A DNA stretch of 64,000 nt, taken from Octopus bimaculoides. Taxonomy: Eukaryota. Under the pieces are notes generated by a model. The model did not search any database. It saw only the letters and a program-made list of their open reading frames with translations, and was not told the DNA's origin. The translations under genes and the position numbers were made by a program. Position 1 is the stretch's first letter. Each line of letters opens with the position of its first letter. Below, piece by piece: positions 1-11,814 of the stretch. The DNA is taken from contig NC_068990.1 in the NCBI RefSeq assembly GCF_001194135.2, positions 89,120,924-89,184,923 of the forward strand, in the 5' to 3' direction.

Positions 1-184
1 ACCAGTGAGGAGGGAGAGGTTGTGTGGAATAAGGAAACAGACATAAGAAACAGGAATAAAAACATGCAATGAAATAAAATGATTTACAACAGCTGCCTAC
101 AAGGATCTTGTATTGCTCCAACGACTGACGGGAACTGTGGTCTCCATTATCCACCTAATCAAGATTTGCCATGATTTCTAATAT

Positions 185-545
185 AAGCACAAGGCCTCAA
201 CACACATCCATATTTGATGGTGATGATAGTTGAGTGCTACGAAATCAAATCCCCAAGTATACAGCTGGTACTTATTTTACTTTATTGACACTAGGACATT
301 GAAAAACAAAATCAACCCCAGCAGGATTTGAACTTAAATGTAAAGAGACATAATTGAATACCTTTCTAATAACAATAATAATAATAATGATGATGATGAT
401 TTCAAATTTTGGTACAAGGCCAGCAACTTTGGGAGCAGAGGCTTAGGCAATTTCTTCAACCCCAACACTCAACTAGTGCTTATTTTATCATCCCTGAAAG
501 GACAAATAGGAAAGTTGACTTTGGTGGGATTTGAAAGCAGAACAC
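185..545 (-). mobile_element. Two decayed family A SINEs in tandem
   Basis: Same central domain and B box; (AAT)/(GAT) spacer at about 365-400. Confidence 0.7.
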
Positions 546-1719
546 AAAGAACTGGAAAAATAGATATTGGATTATTGATCTATGTTTTTAGTATTTATTT
601 ATCAAGAGACAGACAGACAGTTGGAAGAAGTGAGAAAGACAAGAAGAAATAAGAGAAGGGGTGAGTGGATGAGCTCAGTGTAATAAAAAGCACATTAAAA
701 AAACTTTCCTTACCAAACATGTAGTTCTGAGAGTAAGAACCATGATAGATATGTATCCTCTAATTGGAAGTCTGAAATAAAAAGATATCATTAATATACA
801 TATATGTATATAAAGAATTTTGTGAACCAAGAAGATGGAATGAACAGGCTTTAATTAACAAAACACAACAATTGTTTCTGTAGAGTAATAATGAATGTTG
901 GTTACTGAGTTTTCCAAATCATACTTTTATGTAAATTATTTTATAAATAATTACATAAGTAAATATATACATAGGTATGCGACTGTGTGTGTGTACAGTG
1001 ATGGATTCAAGGGTTTCATTTATTTACAAACTAGGCAACGAATTAAGTCTTCTCTCTCAATAGGCAATGAAAAGATTTGAACTACACTGCTACTTCATTT
1101 ATCAAATCTGGAAGGATGAAAGTCAAAGTTGATTTGAACTAAGGTGTCAAAATAAATCTCACAATATACTTAGTCCAAAATTCTAAGGACTTGACCACTT
1201 CACTGTCCAGATAGAGAAAGATCAAATGGATTAAGTTTTATACACCATTTGTTCATGAGACACAAGCTCAAATTTGCTATTAACATTTTGTAATGGTGGT
1301 TCTAAATAGAACATTATAGTCCACATTACCTATGTCTATTAAACTGTTGATAGAAAAAGGTACCCCCAGATTGTCAGAGAATGTTGCCAATGATAGAATG
1401 GTATCCAATCAAGGAAAGATCACATCCTCATTGCAGTTTCTCTGGACCTTAATCTAGATTACATCTGTTCACCTCGTTGATGAAAGGAATTCCTAAATTA
1501 CTTGGGAATATCACTAATAATACACAAGTGTTTCTTATTTCTTGTTTGTTTCAGGCCATGAAACAGGAGCCAAACTTCAGCTCACCAAGAGTGCCTTGTG
1601 GAAAGTGGGGAGATATCTCAATATTTATAGAATGAAATGTAAAGAAAATCAGACTTGATGAGAGAGACAAAGAAAGAAGACAGAAAGAGGAACAGAAACG
1701 TTATCCAAAGAGAACTTAC

Positions 1720-1792
1720 CATGAATCATTTCTATATAATCAGGAATTTCTGTAGAACACATATACATACTATAAGACGATCTTGCTAATCT
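1720..1792 (-). CDS. UQCC1: UQCC1/CBP3-like ubiquinol-cytochrome c chaperone, internal exon (73 nt, phase 0-1): RLARSSYSMYMCSTEIPDYIEMIH
   Basis: ttttcag acceptor and G|gtaagt donor. Joined to the 2857-2958 exon it reads WLLKVRQKLGLSSKMRYPKYRLARSSYSMYMCSTEIPDYIEMIH, which resembles the UQCC1 segment (recalled as KIKIAALRMYTSCVEKTDFEEFF) preceding the PDTFxSWF motif. The next exon was not found in 1-1719, so the gene presumably continues left of the window. Confidence 0.7.
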
Positions 1793-1836
1793 CTGAAAAA
1801 GAAAAAAAAACAAGAAAATGCTTATATTTATATGTG

Positions 1837-1890
<54 letters not shown>

Positions 1891-2856
1891 TAATGAACTC
1901 AAGTCGTGACTTTAATTCTTGGACCACACAATGTGGTATGTCTGCGTAAAGCACATTATTTCAAGTTGTCCCAGTCTACCCCCATGAAAATGAGTGCCAG
2001 CCAACTGCTGGTGCAAACCTATTTTCCTCCAGCTATCACATCCTAAATATTCTGTTGGCTCAAGTGTGAGGGAGTGCTAATGTCTGCTTGTAACTACATA
2101 GCCACCTAAAACAATTAAAGAAAGAGTGATACAAGCTACAGCTAAGCTTTTATATCTATAGATATATATACATAATATATATATATATAGTTGAAATTTA
2201 TAGAAGAAAGAACTTTTTGCTGTCATCAGGGAAAGGCCCATTTTCAATATAGAAAAACACAGTTAGTAGAAATATCATACGATGTATACTTTTAAAGCAT
2301 CACACAGTCGCTGATCTTGTAAAGAGAGAAATAACTAGTTTTAAATCTCTGAGTGAGAAGTATGTAGTAACAGTACCATACAGTATACAGACATGGATTA
2401 CATGTCAATAACCAGCTGGAAAAGATGTTTTCCGGGGGCTGAAAGGTAGTAACATTATCCTATATAGGATTGCCACGTTGCATTGGCAAATAGACTTTAC
2501 TGTGCAGTACTGTTACTATATATTTCTTCCTCAGAGATTTAAAACTATATAAGAGACCAAAGTGTATGTACGCCGCTATATATATATATATAAAAATACA
2601 AAATGGGACAAGAATGCAAAACATCCAGACAGACGATACAAAGAAAACAAGGACGGGTCATTCGGAGTTTTCTATCCTTAGTTGAGTTCCAGATTATCTT
2701 TGCAATTTCGGCTGGTTATACTCGAGATTGCTCCAATCTGGCCAGCCTCAAGGAAAAACGAAGCTAAGAACATTATATACTTCTGAGTGTGTGTGTGAGA
2801 GAGAGAGAGAGAGAGATGTAGATAAAGATAGTCGCAGAAATGCTAGAGATACTTAC

Positions 2857-2958
2857 ATATTTAGGATATCTCATTTTTGAAGACAAACCAAGTTTCTGCC
2901 GTACTTTTAGTAACCAACCTGTACTAGCTGACCTTCTTTCCTGAGAAACAGAATCTTG
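2857..2958 (-). CDS. UQCC1: UQCC1-like internal exon (102 nt, phase 0-0): QDSVSQERRSASTGWLLKVRQKLGLSSKMRYPKY
   Basis: tttattttcag acceptor, TAT|gtaagt donor, open frame, phase-compatible with the 73-nt exon. Confidence 0.68.
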
Positions 2959-3071
2959 CTGAAAATAAAAATTGTAGAAGACAAAAATTATTTTTAACAC
3001 CTCAACACACACAAGTCTATACATGCAAGCATGTCTGTATGAATATGTGATTCTGCAGTGTGTATGCATAC

Positions 3072-3167
3072 ATAGAACTTATTTAAACCTTTATTCTTCC
3101 TACAGCCTTCAACTTCGTTGACAGCCACACAACCCATATTTGAGAACTTTCCCAAAGAAGCAGTCTT
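3072..3167 (-). CDS. Probable upstream exon of the UQCC1-like gene (96 nt, phase 0-0): KTASLGKFSNMGCVAVNEVEGCRKNKGLNKFY
   Basis: tttccag acceptor, TAT|gtatgc donor, 113-nt intron to the next exon, open frame. No recognisable homology, as expected for a presequence region. An alternative acceptor lies about 22 nt further upstream. Confidence 0.42.
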
Positions 3168-3239
3168 CTGGAAACTTAAGAATTCACTTCTACTCAGCAC
3201 ACACAAAATTATTCTATTTTGTCAGTTGTTTTCATATTG

Positions 3240-3580
3240 AAAGGGTAAAAGGCAAAGTTGACTCAGCAGGATTTGAACTCGGAACATTAAGTACCAGAAA
3301 AAATACTATACAGCATTTTGTCTGATGCTCTACCAAACTGCTGCCCTAATCTATGATGATGATGATGATGTTTTAAATTTTGGGTACAAAGCCAGCAATT
3401 TTGGGGAGAGGTTAAGTTGATTATAACAACCCTAGTACACAACTAGCACTTATTTTATTAACCCCAAAAGGATGAAAGGTAAAGTAAACCTCAGTGGAAT
3501 TTGAACTCACAACATAGTGTCAGAAGAAATGTCACTAAGCATTTTGTCCAGCGTGCTAACAATTCTGCCAGCTCACTGCC

Positions 3581-3621
<41 letters not shown>

Positions 3622-3997
3622 CATTTTTTCTACTATAGGCACAAGGCCTGAAATTAGGTGGGAGGGGACTAGTCGATTGCACTAACCCCCAGTGCTTCAC
3701 TGGTATTTAATTTATCAATCTCAAAAGGACGAAAGGCAAAGTCAACCTCAGCAGAATTTGAACTCAGAACGTAGTGACGGGCAAAATAATAATAATAGTT
3801 TCAAACTTTGGCACAAGGCCAGCAATTTTGGAGTCAGGGTAAGCTGATTACATCAACCTCAGTATTCAACTGGTACTCATAAAAGGATGAGAGGCAAAGC
3901 CGACCTCAGCAGAATTCAAAATCAGAATATAAAGATGGACAAGATGTTGCTACGCATTTTGCCCAGCAAACTAATGATTCAACCAGGTGGCCACCTT
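3240..3997 (-). mobile_element. Head-to-tail array of about 4 tRNA-derived SINEs (family A) separated by (GAT)n/(AAT)n
   Basis: On the minus strand each unit has an A-box-like ggcgagctggcagaat, a B box gagttcaaattc, a central gaggtcgactttgcctttcatcctttcggggtcgataaa domain and a ccttgtgcc tail. Confidence 0.85.
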
Positions 3998-4454
3998 AAT
4001 AATAACAATAATAACAGCAACAACAACAAAAAAGAATAAGAACAACAATAATAATAATATTTCTAACATAAAATAATTATTTCTGAAATAATTGTTTTTA
4101 ACAATAATAGTAATAATATACCTGTAATTTTGTATTTATCAAACAAGAACTCAATCTGTTTGGTAGAATATGTCTGGCTGTGATAACAGGTAATGCAGAT
4201 ATTTGAGTGGACAGCTGACATGATATAGATTTCTGCAGAAAAAAATAAACATGATAATTAGATTTATTTCAAATACAGGATCAATATCAATGGTTAGATT
4301 GTGAGTTAGACCTAGGGTTAAACAGCAACAATAACTATAGATATCTACAGAGAAAAAGAAAACTTAGAAATTTTTTTGGTTTTATGATTTCAAAATTTAT
4401 TTGACTCTTCTCAAAATTGTTCCAGGCAAAGTCTAAATGCTATCTATAAGCAAT

Positions 4455-4818
4455 GTTTCTACAGCTGGATGCCCTTCCTAACACCAACCACTCCAAGAGT
4501 ATAGTGGGTGCTTTTTACATGCCACCAGCATGGGAGCCAGTCAGGCGGCACTGGCAATGACCACACTCAAATGGTGCTTTTTACGTGTCACCAGCACTGG
4601 CATCTACCACGCTCGAATGGTGCTTTTTACTTTTATCAGCCACAATGACGACTTCACTTGCCTCAACAGGTCTTTGCAAGCGCAGCATATCTCCAAAGGT
4701 CTTAGTCACTTGTCATCACCTCGGTGAGGCCCAACGTTCAAAGGTCATGCTTCAACACCTCACCCCAGGTCTTCCTAGGTCTACCTCTTCCACAGGTTCC
4801 CTCTACTGCTAGGGTGTG
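4455..4818 (-). mobile_element. 3' end of an RTE-clade LINE
   Basis: Minus strand encodes [24 protein letters not shown], the RTE C-terminal GRGRPxxxW motif, followed by the 3' UTR containing ggttggtgttaggaagggcatccagctgtagaaa that recurs across the window. Confidence 0.85.
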
Positions 4819-4824
4819 ATACTT

Positions 4825-4914
<90 letters not shown>

Positions 4915-4941
4915 TATATATATATACACATATATATATAT

Positions 4942-4974
<33 letters not shown>

Positions 4975-4977
4975 ATC

Positions 4978-5093
4978 GTCAGCTAAATCCACTTACAAGG
5001 CTTTGGTTACTTGGCCTAGGGTCATAATAGAAGACACTGAACCCAAGACCACATGGTTGGGAAGCAAATTTCTTAACCACAGTCATGCCTGCA
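4978..5093 (-). mobile_element. Fragment of a CORE-type tRNA SINE (family B)
   Basis: tgcaggcatgactgtggttaagaaatttgcttcccaaccatgtgg head and gtgtcttctattatgacc core-like segment. Confidence 0.7.
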
Positions 5094-5289
5094 TATATGC
5101 CTTTAAAAGATGAGGCAATAAAAGATATTACAGTTCCAATAAACCCTGTCAACATTTTCCTTCAGGTATCCTTTTTCTTTGCCAAATCATGAAATGAGGA
5201 GGAGGCTAAATGCAGATTTCTTATTCGAATAAAAAAGCTCAGGATTTACAATGATGGGAAAGTAAGACTAGGTGATGTTCAAGCTTTTC

Positions 5290-5850
5290 TAAGAAACCTT
5301 TCCAACTCAGATGTAAACGGAAAATAGAGACCAATGAATGAACGGAGGAACCGTTATGTCAAGTATGAGCAACTGTAACACTGATTATATTAGGCCCTTC
5401 ATGACAAGTGTAGTAACCGTGATTATATAAACATTGCAAGAGCTGGCATAGTAATGCACCAGCCTCAACATTCAATCTTCTGAAGAGGTTGGTATAAAAA
5501 AGGCCAAACTTGCTATGCCTATCCTTACCTATGGCCATAAATGTTAGGTAACGACTAAGAGTCCAATTGCAAATATAAGCAGGGTCCGTAGCTCAGAGAC
5601 GAGGGAGTCTTTCCAGGTTGATTCCCTATTCCTCTGCATTGAGAGACCATAGCTCTGGTATGTGGTTAGAATGTTGCAGAAAAGGGTCAAAGGACAGATT
5701 CCTCAAGCTGAGCCAATTGGCAGGAGACCTAGGAGTAGACCAAGTATGAGATGGTTGGATAATATCCACAGTCTCAGTTGGTCAGCTTGGGAATCCAACA
5801 AGAAAGTGTCATGGCTGTTGCTTCTGATAGGACCCTCAGGAGAAGTGACT
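5290..5850 (+). mobile_element. Decayed RTE/Expander-like LINE C-terminal fragment (second RTE family)
   Basis: Frameshifted peptides PILTYGH, VRSSETRESFQV, and QAEPIGRRPRSRPSMRWLDNI. Confidence 0.75.
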
Positions 5851-5869
5851 TAGAACTCTCCCAGAAATA

Positions 5870-6919
5870 GTGAGCGGCATATTTGCTCGGTGACACACAA
5901 CACTACATTAACATTTTGATCAACCTTTAGGTTCGATTCTGTTAATCTGAACAATTTCGATCGATCTCTCTCGTTTACTCACACTCTCTGCCGATCAATC
6001 TTTTTATTAGCTGCTAACTTTAACTTATGGTGTTGTCTCTACTACATACGTTTTCAGACCTGTTACAAAAGCCGATCATACTCGTTATATGCTGTTGCTC
6101 TTCTTTCATATTTCCCTCAAATTACACCGTACCATCTTAAAATGAAGAACATCTTCGATAATGAACGAAGTCCAAGATATGTCCATGTAGCCAACTTGGC
6201 TCTTTGGAAGCTAGCTTGACCGCTACAACTATGAATTACGAAAGCAAGTCTTCGAATTTGGAGAGAGATAGGACACTCACACGTTTCTCAAGGTCATTAG
6301 TAACTTTAGACAATAAAAATTGGTTGCAACTAGGAATTGAAACCAGTACACATCTTAAATAGAGTCAATATCGCTGTGTGGAGGAAATAAGAAGAAAAAA
6401 ACTACTTTTCTGAGCTCTTGTCCTTCGTCAGAGAGAGAAAGTGATGTTTTTGCCTTGGACGTGGGATAACAATACTACTTCCTCTTCCATACTCTTTGAC
6501 AAAGAACCTAAAACGTTACATTTTTCATTCCTCGGGGCAAATGGACTTATCGAACTCTCCCATAGACTAAATTACAGCTGGTCAGGCTAAACCAGTCTCT
6601 TTCGATACTGTATTCACTTAGCGTTATGTAAGTAGTTATAAACCATATAACTAAAATAATAATAATAATATAAATGAAAGCTGAGTAATTAAAATGTAAT
6701 AACAAACACATACGTTACTGACAACTTCTGTTAAGGTGTGGAGGTGAGCAAGCCTGCGAGTGAGCGGAGGAAGCAAGCGGTAACAAGCCATGGAATTGCC
6801 AACTTCAACCGTTTGACCTCAAAACAAGCACATGTGTTGGTCGCTTGGGTACATTACAATAAATAACATTGCGAAGGCCCCTTCTAACATTGTGCAAGTG
6901 CGGAAATGCGTGCTTTACC

Positions 6920-6920
<1 letters not shown>
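5870..6920. promoter_or_regulatory. CpG-retaining region, probable divergent promoter (UQCC1-like minus, ZNF800-like plus)
   Basis: Roughly 30 or more CpGs in about 1 kb by eye, versus a handful per kb in gene-body introns; lies between two divergently oriented genes. Confidence 0.45.
6050..6109 (-). CDS. Candidate first coding exon of the UQCC1-like gene (MKEEQQHITSMIGFCNRSEN; second ATG at 6079)
   Basis: ATG-started open frame ending at an AAC|gtatgt phase-0 donor inside a CpG-rich zone; phase-compatible with 3072-3167. Inferred from splice signals only. Confidence 0.28.
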
Positions 6921-6984
<64 letters not shown>

Positions 6985-7507
6985 TATAGTCTCTATATTT
7001 CTGTGTACACATCTGTGTGTACTGATATATTGTTGTTTTTGTATGTGTGTGTGCTAATGCAGCAGTGTTTGAATAAGGGATGATGTGTTTGTATTCCTTC
7101 TTAGCTGAAGAAATGTAATGAATCTTAAAAAGAAATAGAAAAATAATTCAAAGATATTAAACATTTAAATAATATCTTATATTTATTGAAAAAGAATACA
7201 AGTTACAAGAATAAACTGAAAATGGTTAAAGTGAAAAAGAAATCAGTATAAAAACAAACAAAATATAAAGGGATGCATACTCTTCAAATATAAAAATCCT
7301 ACATCATACTAGGAGACGTTTTTGTTTCTCTCTAAAGATGTTTGAATTTCACAAAATTAATTTACAGTTTTAGAGGACAGAAGTATGTAAATAAATTTTG
7401 TGAATTTAATTCTTAATTTCTTAAAATCATCTCCCTTTCTCTTTGAGAATTGTTAACTGTTACTGCTAGGATTTTGTTCTCTATCTGCAGCTTACCAGTT
7501 TTCAATA

Positions 7508-7772
7508 AAACCGTCCAACCCATGTCAGGATGGAAAGCGGACGTTAAATGATGATGATTATGATGAACACTGCCACGTAAACGCTCCCACGCTGGTGCTG
7601 CGTAAAAGCACCTAGTACACTCTGTAAAGTGGTTGGCGTTAGGAAGGGCATCCAGCTGTAGAAACTATGCCAAAACAGACATGGAGCTTGGGCAGCTCTT
7701 CAGCTGGTCAGCTCCTGTCAAACCGTCCTACCCATGCCAGGATAGAAAACGGACGTTAAATGATGATGATGG
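7508..7772 (+). mobile_element. Two tandem RTE-tail non-autonomous elements ending in (GAT)n
   Basis: aaccgtccaacccatg..ggaaagcggacgttaaatgatgatg occurs twice; ttaggaagggcatccagctgtagaaac motif. Confidence 0.8.
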
Positions 7773-9786
7773 TGCTATTTGATAAGTCATTAAGTGTTGA
7801 ATTTGAAATAAATTAAAAATTCATTTTTGTGTTTGTAAAATTTTGTGATATTAAAAATAAAATCTCTTTTTCAAGGCAGCACGTTTTGAGACTTTTCTTG
7901 ACTCTCCTGTTGTCCCCTGACAAGACATTGAGATACAGGTGCTGTGAAATAATGAAGTAAAAAATAATTTTCTTTTAAGACCAGATCCCCCACAACTATA
8001 TTAAAAAAAAAAATTTAACGCAGTAGTAGTATAAATAAAGTATTTGCTTCTCACTAGAACAATATTTCGATTTCGTAGTGTTCCCAAATTTAAAATATAT
8101 AATCAACCTTTTCAATGCTATAATTGCATTTCATCTTTTCGGAGGTCGATAAAATAAAGTACCAGTCAAGTACCAAGGTCGATGTAATATCGATTAACAC
8201 CTCCCACTAAAATTACTTGTATTAAAAATTTGAAACCATTATTGTTGTTGCTATGTGTTTTTTCTTGTCTTTTGTTTTACTCTGAGCCTGCTTCGCGGAG
8301 TTCTGATTGAACAGGGCCATAACAAATCGTGCGAAAAAAAAACAAAAACAAAACAAAAAGTAACAAATAAAACACGGTGGTGTCCTTTCTCTTTAGTGGC
8401 GAGCACTTGTGCTTAATGATTAATCAGAGCATGCCCACTGGGGAAGGAAGGGACACAATGGATAAATATAGTCTGAGACATATTCTTAAAAAGACGGGAT
8501 GGCCATAATTGGAATGCTTTTTATCATACATCTCCTCAATCAAATTCGATAGTTTTAATAGCAACTTTAAGTATTAATAAAATTACTTGGAATAGTTTTT
8601 CATAGTTGACAATTATTTGTTCGGATCCGTCTTAATCCCAGAATTCCACCAACTTCCTGTTTATAGGTAAATTGTTAAAAAAAAAAAAGAATTTTCTCTA
8701 TTTATTTCCAGTAAGGTGTCCTTATGTGTTTCATGTCGTTTAAAAGATGGTTTGTATTTGTATGTTTCTTTTTAGCTAAACAGACTCTATTCTTCTATCC
8801 TTGATGTTCCCATCTGTTGGTAGGAATTGTGTGTGTTTGCTGACGCTGCATCTAATGTTTGCAACGGTTGCTGTGGTGTATATAAAGCTATAATATGTAA
8901 CAATATACTTCCCTTTGTGAACAAATGTCAACTTTTCTTGTTCTTTTAGACAATAATCACAGCGATTAGTACTAAACAAAAATCTACAGAAGAAATCTAT
9001 AATCACATTAATGATAACAGTCTATATTTTAAGAAAAGTTAAACTGATCAAAGTCTTTTGCTATAAAGGAAACGATTTCTTTGTATAGCCAGTGCTTGTT
9101 CAAAAGTTACAACAGCCTAGTTACTATGTGTTTCCCATCAAAACATCAAGAATTTGAATCAGATTTTATAAAAAGGATAAAATTGATGTTATTGTAATTA
9201 TTTTACGGTTAATTATTTTTTTAATTTACATATTTTTTTCTTTTGTCTGCAACAACGAGGTCTTTCATACTTGTTTCCTTTGTCTCCTGGATATTGTTTC
9301 TTGTACCCTTCAGTGAATTAAACGAGCAACATCAATTGATTTTAATTATGAGACTTGCATATGAAAAGATTATTTCCGATCTCGAAGTAAACAGGATATA
9401 TATATATAATGAGGAAATTAACTGAAACTCGGAGTACAGACAGTGAAACCCAAACTTCTATTCAACTAATATATAGAATGAGAATAGGAGTTATCTATCT
9501 CTCTCTCTCTCTATATATATATATATAATATATTTATGTGAGAGAGCAAACACCTTGGCGCCCAAGTTAATGAGTTCAAAACTCGGCGACTTACATGAAC
9601 ACGTTTTCGTATTTAACTTTATTAAAAATGTAAACATGTATTCACCGTTCAGTTCCAAGTTTATTATTGAAACAATTATTGTTTCAAATTTTGGCACAAG
9701 GCCAGCAATTTTAGACGTAACAAAGTTGACCACGGCGGGATTTGAGCTCATACTGCAAAGAATCGGAAGAAATGCTAAGTGTGTGC

Positions 9787-9823
<37 letters not shown>

Positions 9824-9826
<3 letters not shown>

Positions 9827-10127
9827 TTTTACTTGTTTCAGTCATTTGACTGCTGCCATGCTGGAGCACCGCCTTTTGTCGAATAAATCGACCCCAGGAC
9901 TTATTCTTTGTAAGCCTAGTACTTATTCTGTCGGACCCTTTTGCCGAACCTCTATATTACGAGGGACGTAAACACACCAACATCGGTTGTCAAACGATGT
10001 GGGGATAAGTACAGACATATATGCATATATATACGACGGGCTTCTTTCAGTTTCCATCTACCAAATCTATTCACTAGGCTTTGGTCAGCCCAAGGCTATA
10101 GTAAAAGACACTTGCTCAAGGTGCCAC
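9824..10127 (-). mobile_element. CORE-type SINE (family B), 5'-truncated, CpG-rich and probably young
   Basis: gtggcaccttgagcaagtgtcttttactatagcc core and the characteristic tail gctccagcatggcagcagtcaaatgactgaaacaagtaaaagaa. Confidence 0.85.
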
Positions 10128-10722
10128 ATATATATATATATATATATGTGCGCGTGCACTGGAGCTTGTGATTTTTAGTGTGCTCCCCCTACTTTCTTGC
10201 TCAGATTCCGCCTGCTTGGGTGACTTCACTTTCCACTCTTCCACATTTAATAAAGTTCTAGTAATGTACTTAGTCGATTCAACTAGTTTAAGCCTTTCTC
10301 TATAAATTTTTGGTATACACTAATGCTGAGGAACGATTACTATCACTGAATCAGTGATCAGGTAGTATTAAGCTTTGGTCCTGGCTCTGAGTTCAAATTT
10401 CATTGTGGCCAACTTTCATAAAATAAGTTAAATAGAAAGGCTGAGGTTCATTAAGTCAATTCCCTGACTTTTCCAAGCATTTCTGGTTTAGCTTGTGTCA
10501 CAATATTAAAAATTTTGTTTGTTAATTCACTCCAAACTATTTTAATTATTTTGGAAATGAGAATTGTAAGATAAAACAAAATTAAAAGGAAAAGTTTCCA
10601 TTTTCAAAATGAAGACTATATTATTGTTTAGCTCTGAGTCATCCCTGGCCATACAGAGGCTTTGTGAAAGGCATTTCAACCATGACTGTCTTATGATTGA
10701 CCGTTGACTGAACACTATTCAA

Positions 10723-10886
10723 TTTTTTTTCTCCGTGTTTTTCTCCTTGTCTCCGTATTCTTTCTGTTGAAGAGCGTAGCTCGAAACGTCAAAGACTTTC
10801 CGTATTCCCGAGCGTCATACTAATATATACTTTTGTTATTTACACCACCTGTCCTCGTCTGTTGTTATTTTTTGTATATTCTCCCT
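10723..10886 (+). mobile_element. Short CpG-rich element carrying a minimal hammerhead motif, probably Penelope-like-derived
   Basis: ctgttga-a-gagc-gta-gctc-gaaacgtc motif; abuts a (TA)n tract. The family assignment is inference from the known association of minimal hammerheads with Penelope-like elements. Confidence 0.55.
10759..10795 (+). ncRNA. Minimal type I hammerhead ribozyme-like motif (A6U core variant)
   Basis: Stem I TCTTT/AAAGA, core CUGUUGA, stem II GAGC/GCTC, GAAA, palindromic ACGT stem III, GUC cleavage triplet at 10788-10790. Confidence 0.55.
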
Positions 10887-10917
<31 letters not shown>

Positions 10918-10967
10918 GAGGAGCAGTGTAGTTTGCTTGAAGCATTGTACTACAGAAGTAGAATCAT

Positions 10968-11084
10968 TATCATCGTCGTTTAACGTCCGCTTTCCATGCT
11001 GGCATGGGTTGGGCGGTTTGACTGAGGATTGGTGATCCTAAAGCTGCACCAGGCTCAATCTGATCTGGCAAAGTTTTTACAGCT
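10968..11084 (-). mobile_element. RTE-tail element
   Basis: catcatcgtcgtttaacgtccgctttccatgctggcatgggttgg is the reverse complement of the shared RTE 3' end. Confidence 0.8.
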
Positions 11085-11814
11085 TAGAGCTATAACTTCT
11101 CTAAAACTTATGCCCAATTGTGGGTTCTATTAGCATCCATGTCTTCCTCCTCCATTTCATTTTTTGTCTGTGTGTCCATGAAGCTTTGACTCTGAAGTCA
11201 TTAGCAACTAACCTATGGTGGCTAATGGATTCTTCACTAGAAAAGATTTTATATTTACAATGGCCCATCTATTTTTTTTCCTGATAAGGATGAAATCTGA
11301 CTTAAGTATTCGTCAGATTGGTAGGTGATGAGGTGTTTGGCTGGTTTCTTGAAGTGTGTGTTGCAAATTGTTTAAATCACTTGTACCACAGAATTCTGGC
11401 AGCCTACAAACTCATTTCTTGTTCAATAACCATAGCCTCCATTTATGTCATAAAAGTCATTATGGTGTTGACCAGAATGTCTGTTGAAGTCACCAGCCAT
11501 AATAAAAAGTTACTGTCAGTCATCATTGAGATAGTCCTTCTGTTCTGCCAATCCTGGCTGTGAGGCAAATGCATTAATGAATGTTACTTGTTGAGTTGTT
11601 TATAACCAGACTCCTCTTATCCTATCACACATTCTGACTACCTCAATTACTTTATTCATTTCTTAGTTAATAATATGCCAATCTCACCCTAATTTTGTTT
11701 TACACATTTTTCCTTATATTTTTGATGTTTCTTTATATTTCTCCAGGTTTATGATGAAAACAGACAATAAATTGTGAAGAATTTGTAAAGTTTTGACAAA
11801 CTATTCGGTACATA

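Noticed and set aside
9555-9971. 138-aa ORF
   Set aside because: Composite of two SINE remnants and a (TA)n tract; no domain signal.
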